This document shows, piece by piece, positions 56,134 through 64,000 of a stretch of DNA of 64,000 nt. Position 1 is the stretch's first letter, and every line of letters starts with the position of its first letter. This DNA is from the human T2T-CHM13v2.0 reference genome, Homo sapiens: the NCBI RefSeq assembly GCF_009914755.1, contig NC_060929.1; one strand, 5' to 3'. The notes below the pieces were generated by a model, which saw only the letters and a list, made by a program, of their open reading frames with translations, made no database searches and was not told where the DNA came from. The position numbers and the translations under genes were made by a program.

Positions 56134-59100
56134 CAAAATCAGTAGCATTTTTATATACCAATAATTTTCAAGCTGATAACCAAATTAATAACCCAATCCC
56201 ATTTACGATAGCCCCCCAAAATTAACTAGGAATAAATGTAGCTAAGGAGGTAAAAGATCTCTATAGGAGAACTACAAAACACTGATGAAAAAAATTGTAG
56301 GTGACACAGACAAATGGAAATATAGCCCATGCTCATAGATTGGAATGTCGATATTATTCAAATGACCATAGTACTTAAAGCAATCTGCATATGCAATGCA
56401 ATTTTTATCAAATTACCAGCATCATTTTTCACAGAATTAGAAAAACAATCCTTAAGTTTATATGGAATGAAATTAGAGGCAGACTAGCCAGAGTAATCCT
56501 AAGAAAAAATAGAGGAATAACATTGCCTGACTTCAGATTCTACCACAAGGCTGTAGTTAATCAAGGCTAAGTAAAACAAACAGCTTCATACTGGTACAAA
56601 AACAGACACACAGATAAATATAACCCAATACAGAACCTGAAAAGAAAGCCATATACCTTCAGACAACCAATCTCCATCAAAGTTGACACAAATAAGAAAT
56701 GGGCAAAGGACACCCTCTTTAACAAATGGTAGTGGGAAAATTGGCTTGTTGTATGCAGAAGAAGGGAACTCTACCCATATCTCTCACTAGGTACTATACA
56801 AAAATCAAGATGGATTAAAGACCTGAACAAAACATAAAACTATAAAAATACTAGAAGAAAACCAAGGAAAGTCATTTCTGGATATTGCCATAGGCAGAGA
56901 ATCTATGTCTAAGACCACAAAAGCAAATGCAACAAAATAAAAAATATGCAAATAGGACTGAATTCACTGGAAAGCTTCTGCGTACCAAAATAAATAATCA
57001 GCAGAATAAATAGACAACCTACAGAACAGGAGAAAATTTGCTGATTATGCCTCTGACAGATGACTAATATCCAGAAACTACAAGGAAGACAAATAACTCA
57101 ACAACAACAATAAACAAACAACCTCATTACAAAGGACATGAACAAATATCCCCTCAAAAGAAGACATACAAGCGGCCAACAAATGTATGAAAAGATGTTC
57201 AACATCAGTAATCATCAGAGAAACACAAATTTAAACCACAATGAGTTACCATCTTATAATAGCCAGTCATAATGGCTATTATAATAGTTAGTGGGAACAT
57301 AAATTAGTACAACTTTTGTGGAAACCAGCATGGAGATTTCTCAAAGAACCAAAAATGAAACCACCTTTGACAGAGCAATCCCATTTTTGTGCATCTACCC
57401 AAAGGAAAAGAAATCATTATATAAAATTATATAAAATTTGAACTTGTATGTTTATTGCAGCAACATTCTCAATACGAAAGTCATAGAATCAACCTGTGTT
57501 CATCAATGGTTGTTTGGCTAAAGAAAATGTTATCTGTGTATGTAAATATACATGTATATATATACATGTACCATAGAAATGGAATTACTATGCAGCCATA
57601 AAAAATAATGAAATAATGTCATTGACAGCAACATGGATGGATCTGCAGGCCATTATCCTGAGGTAAATAACTCAGATAAATAAAATCAAATATCACATCT
57701 TCTCATTTGTAATAGGGAGCTAAACAATGTGTACACATGGACATAAAGATGGAAATAATAGACACTGAGGACTCCAAAAAGGGGGAAGGTGGGGGGAGGG
57801 ATGTAAATGTTGAGTAGTTACCTGTTGGGCACATTGCATGCAAGAAGCCCAAACTCTATCATTATTCAACATAATCATGTAACAAACCTACACATGTATC
57901 CTCTTAATCTGAAACAGAATACAATTTTTAAAAAATCTCTTGGGACTAAAAGGGATTATAGCACAGTCTAGGAAACACATAAGCAAATTTATTTCCTATA
58001 TACCAGCAATGCACAATTGAAAGGAACATTTAAAAAGTATTTATAGTAGCACAAAAGTAAATGTTTTCTATGTATCTAATAAAATACAGAATATGTATAC
58101 TTAACACTACAAAGCCTCAGGAAAAATATCATAAGATATACATATATTGAGAATTATGTCATATTAATTATTGGAAGATTATATGTTAAGATGGAAGTTT
58201 TTCTAAAGCTTATATAGAGATTCAACATAATCCCAATGAAAATCCCAGTAAGTTATTTTGTGATATTGACAAGCTGATTTTAAAGTTTACATGGAAAGGT
58301 AGAAGACCCAGAGCAAAATATTGAAGAAGAACAAAGTTGGAAGACTGACGTTACCCAACTACAAGACTTACTATAAAATTACATTAAGAAAGCACAGTGT
58401 TGACAAAAATAAACAAATCTATGGAACAGAATAAAGAATCCAGAAATAGATCCATACAAATATAGACAACTGATTTTTGACAAAGGAGCAAAGCAACAAT
58501 GGAGAAAAGATAGTGTTTGCAACAATTTGTTGAACAACAGTATTTTGGGGACAAATAAATGTTCACTTCCCAAAAATAAAAATTAAGCTAGACACAAGGC
58601 TTAAACTCTTCACAAAAATTAACTTGAAATGGATCACAGACCTAAGTTTAAAACACACATCTATGAAACTTTTAGATATAAGAAAATAATTTAGGCAGTC
58701 TTAGGTTTAGCAGCAATGGGTTTTTAGATACAACAACAAAATTATTATCTATGAAAGAAAAAATTGATCAGTTTTACCTTATTAAAATTTAAAACTTCTG
58801 CTCTAGAGACAACAGTGTTACAGAATAAAAAGACAAGCCACAGGCTGGAAGACAATATTTGCAAAACACATATCTGATAAAATACTTGTATCCAAAATAT
58901 GAATTTTAAAAAATCTCAAAACTCAACAATAAGAAAACAAACAACTCAAGTAAAAAGTGAATAAAATATCTAAACAGACAACTCACCAAAATCTATACAG
59001 ATGACAGGCATTTGAAAAAATATTTTACATCATATGTAATACAGGAAATGTAAGTTAAAACAACAGTGAGATGCCACTATGTATCTATTAGAATAACTAA

Positions 59101-62100
59101 AATCTAAAACACTTTTAACACCAAATGTTGGTAACTATGTGGAGCAATAGGAATTCTCTTTCATTGTTGATGGAATGAAAAATCGCACAGCCACATTATA
59201 AGATAGTTTGGCGGTTTTGTACAGAGCTAATGTAGTTTTACTACATGACCCAACAATTCCACACCTTGTTATTTAAAAAAGTGAGCTGAAAACCATGTAT
59301 ACACACAAACATTTTATGCACATGGGTGTTTATAGCATCTTGATTCATGATTTTCAAATATTAGAAGCAATCAAGATGTTTCTTAAGAGGTAAATGTATA
59401 AACATATTGTGATACATCTGTTCAGTGGCATATTACTCAGTGGAAAAAAAAGAATTACCAAGCCACAAAAATATATAAAGAAACCTTAAATTTATATTTC
59501 TAAGTGAAAGAAAACAATGCAAAAATATTACATATTACAAATCATTAACAAAATGATCCCAATTACGTGACATTTTAATAAAGGCCAGGGATCTGGGGTG
59601 AGGTGGGAAGGGAAATGAATAGGTGAAGTACAAGGAAAGTTTAGGGCAATGAAACTACTCTCTATGATACTGTAATGGTGGATATATGACATTGACCATT
59701 TGTCAGAACCTATAGAACTGTAAAACACAAAGACTGATTTTTTAACACAAACTATGGATGTTAGGTAATAATATATATTAAGATAGGTTCATTAATTGTT
59801 GCAAATGTACCCCACTAATGCAAGATTTTAATCAAACAGAAGCTGCAAGAGGGACAGAGGTTGTATATGGGAACTCTGTACCATCTATTCAATTTTTCTG
59901 TAAATATAAAACTATTCTAAAAATAAAGTTCATTAATAACAAAAAAGGAAAAGTCTGATAACTATGCACATATTCCATATGTTTTATTGGACATTCACTT
60001 GTTAACAACTCTGAGATATCTTTCAATAAACACTTTATTTACTCCAATGTATCCCCAACTTCTCGGACACTAATATCCTTCATTTAGAAGAATATCCATT
60101 TATATCAAGGATGTTATTGTACAACAGAATACCTATGTCATCATATCGCTCCACATTTCTAGGAGAAACCAGCAGGCTTACAAATACGTAGAGATGGTTA
60201 ATATTCTTTTAATTTCCATTTAGGCATCTCGCTGAGTGACGTATATTTGCATGGGCAGTTACTCTTGCAGTGGTTACTGACATCTCAAGGTCACCAGCTG
60301 TCCTAAGACCTAGGAATTAATACCTCTTCCTCCTCTGCCTACAGATGTTTAGCTTACAAAAGCACCACATTTATTTACTAATTATTGATTGTCTTTTATT
60401 TCCATTTATAAAAAACCTGGTCAGCTTTATCTAATGGTAAATGCAGTAGTATCAATATCTCTGAAGATCTTCACCTCATTAGCAGTGATATGAGTTGACA
60501 GATAAACCCACTTGAATCCAGAGGTATTGCCCCATGAACACTTCTTATCTTCAGCCCTGCCATGACCTCACCAACAGGTAACTTGTATATCACTTATGTC
60601 TGTGTATAACGTCTAACCTCATGCCAGTAATTTGTTGAATTCATAAGTATGTTTCTCTCTTTAACTCTGAAACATTGTTTACTTGAAAAAGGCCTACCTT
60701 AAATTAATGAAATTTCTTTCTCACATTGTATTTTCACAGTGTCAGAAAGTTCTTCCAGTAAGCTTAGTAAGGCATTCTATCACCCTTGTATAAATGAGTC
60801 GCTTATACCCTGGCCTCTATCCTATGGCAGCCATGTATATTTTGGCACAGGAAATATTCATTAGATTTTCTTTCATTTGGAAGTCAAAATTTATTGATTC
60901 AAGAAAACTGAGAGAACTTCTACTTCTAAAGTAACTAGCAGACCCATACAGTGCAATCACCATTAAGATTCAAACCAACCTTAGTTATTATAATTACAGA
61001 ACTCCACTCCTCAGTGAGCATGCTATCATATTACTATTGCTGTCAAACTTAATTGAATGGCTTCCCCAATACTTTAAGACTGCATACTAAGTTGATCTTT
61101 AACAACTGAGATATTAAAAATAAAAAGAAGGAAAAAATAAAGAAAGAACTCCTCTACCATCATTCTAATGAATACATTTAAATTATTTGGGGAAACAGCC
61201 TGGTGATTGGAAAAAGAAATTGACTAACCAAATACCTGAATTGGGAATATGAAGGGATATGTATAATTAACAAAAACAAGAACAGCAATATGATTCAAAA
61301 CTACCTGGTATGCAATATAATTGTTCCCAGTCCTATTCTACGTGTGTCTACTACAAAATTTCACCCTCTCCTGTTATTTAGTTTGAGTAAATATGTGTAT
61401 GGAATAGCTAATTAAGTCCAGGCAGAAAAAGCCCTCTTGAAGCAGTCAGTTGTATTATGGTTTTGTTTTATCACATGGGTTGCTCACACCAAAAAAAAAA
61501 AAAGATACACATCAGTGCTTATAAAAGAAAGAATATCATAGTTAGGTCATAAAAACACTTAAATAATAACTTAAAATTTGTTCTCCTCTGATACTTCCTA
61601 GATAATGACTTTTCAGTCTAAGCAGGACTCCCTTAGTGTAACTTTAAAGTCATATTGCAAATATTCTTTTTCACCAGCATCATTCATACAATTAACTTTT
61701 AAGAGTGGACAATATGAACAGTAATTTCCCCAAATACTGTATTTATTTTACCATCTTCATTACCACCTTAATTAAATCCAACAGACTTGCCCAACGTGTT
61801 TCATTAAATTCCTATTTTTATAAACTACAGTGGCTGATGTGTTGCCACATTTGAAATATTTTGAGATAAAAGTATCATATTCTTGATAACAGCTGTACTA
61901 TCTTCAAATGTATTTGAAAAGACACACAGAGACTGCTCTCATTTTTAAGATTGCTCAGCACAACTTTAGAAATGTACAGTTGGCAGAACCAAACTAGGAA
62001 GTAGTAATGGTCAAACAGTAACAATAATCTTGTGATATGCTTATATACTTTGCCTACTTTCTCAGTGTTTTTACTTTTGTTTTCACCATCCATCTTCTCT

Positions 62101-62468
62101 ATCCTCATGGTAACACAAGGAATGTAGAGATACATTACGATCAAGTAAATTTTTTTCATGCACATACATAATTAATAGCAGAATGAGCATAAAAACATAT
62201 CTTTGCTTCTTTCACAATTATAAACACAAGTTCAAAAAGTAGATATTAACATTTATTTTATTGGAAACCACAGGTTTCCCAACTGTAATTAAAAACACAG
62301 TGATAAATAGGTCACAAAACTACAAAAGGATAAATATTACTATGTCCACAATATGAATATACTATCTCAGTTTTAAGAAAACCTACCTAATTACATATTG
62401 GTTAGAAGCACTGTTTTCAAATAAGAGAAAATGGATTCATAATTTTAAATTTATGAAATAACTTAGTG

Positions 62469-62794
<326 letters not shown>

Positions 62795-63859
62795 TAACTT
62801 AGCAATAACTCAGGTAATGTAATTGAAATTTGTAATTATATTGTTTTAATACAATTTAGTTTTATAACATATCAAATTGATCAATAATTTCTTTCATGTT
62901 GTTTGTTTTTGGCTTCACTTTTTTTTTTTACATGACTATATCTTTTTCTTGGTGTAATACAACAGGAAAAGTTATTTATACATTTGGAACTTTCAAAATA
63001 GGTTTATTTTATTAAACGGAAGTTTCATTTAATTAGGAGAAATTTCATATTTAGAATTGCCATAACAAGAGCTATAGCAGTGACACATATTTATGGCAGC
63101 ATTCTGGGTTCAACATAAACATTATCTTAATTAAGCATACAAGTTAGGCCTGTAAAGGTCCCATTATATAGCTATATCATAGGTAGCTATATTATAAATT
63201 GCTACTCATGAATTAGAATTAATCATATGCTTAATAGTGAAACATGCTGTTTGACCCTGAGAAAGAAGTGAAAACTAAAATGACTTTTTCCAGTTCATCC
63301 CAAACTCTTCTTTCTGTAAAGAGTAGCTTTACTGCACTACCCGCGACTGTTCTAGGCCCCATTAAAATGCCTATAATTGGACTTTACTGTGCTATGAAAC
63401 TAATCAAATCCAATTCTCTGGTTTGCCTTCCTTTCTCTGGACTTATATCCAACTGTATCAATCCTTCACAACTATCCTGTATCTAAGCTGCTGCCTCTGA
63501 CCTATTGCTCAGACTTTCCTTCATATTCTCTGTTGCTTTGCCTCACTGGTAGGTCTTCCACATTTATTTATGATGGTCTCCTACAGTTGGATCTATTTTG
63601 TTAAAGCCAAATCTCATCATGCATCCTTATAAGTTATTTAGAGATAGTTATTATTGTAATAATGCAATCATTGGAGAAATCATTTTAGGCAGTGTATTCA
63701 GTTTTGAAGAACAGACCAATGTTAGGAAAACATTTCACTTTGGTGTCAGAAAAAAATGTATTTCACTTTGACACAATGCAATTAAAAACACTATCATGGA
63801 TTTTTGAGAAAGAGTGAAACAGTTTGGAAAAAGAAAAATACTATCTGCATCTCAATCTC

Positions 63860-63965
63860 GTGAACTTATTTGTTTTCTAAATTTCTTCACCTGTAAAGTG
63901 ACACTGACAATCTAAATCTTGCCTGTGGAGATCTTGTGAGGTATAACTAATGTTGCTAAATCATG
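63860..63965 (+). mobile_element. MIR core fragment
   Basis: tttcttcacctgtaaagtg...cttgtgaggtataa. Confidence 0.5.
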
Positions 63966-64000
63966 CTGGAAAAAAAAAAAAAACACCCACAAAGCTTTAC

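Noticed and set aside
63660-63835. Possible hAT-Charlie fragment
   Set aside because: Resemblance too weak and no terminal inverted repeat identified.

Overview
AT-rich, CpG-poor primate (hominid-type, most likely human) intergenic or deep-intronic DNA, made mostly of transposable elements. I found no recognisable cellular coding exon, tRNA, rRNA or CRISPR array. Main components: (1) a 5'-truncated young L1PA2 with an open 522-aa ORF2p C-terminal frame (6.75-8.59 kb); (2) a compound 32/30-bp minisatellite (14.1-14.65 kb); (3) a 5.36-kb two-LTR HERV-H/LTR7 provirus with a perfect CTAGG target-site duplication (19477-24835); (4) a MER4D-like solo LTR inside an old L1MC; (5) an internally deleted L1PA15/16 (34.66-39.03 kb); (6) a ~16-kb nest of L1MC, L1MA/MB, MLT1, a full-length L1PB and two Alus (44.1-59.95 kb); (7) scattered MIR, L2, MaLR, Tigger1, hAT and Alu copies. 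I cannot support a wholly new biological system here. The most unusual object is the HERV-H provirus. It keeps an ACAAAAGAAG SOX-type motif in both LTRs, appears to have lost its PBS and major splice donor by a microhomology deletion, has block-wise discordant LTRs, and has seven conserved pol Trp positions converted to stops. Subfamily names come from recalled consensus sequences, and boundaries of old repeats are approximate.
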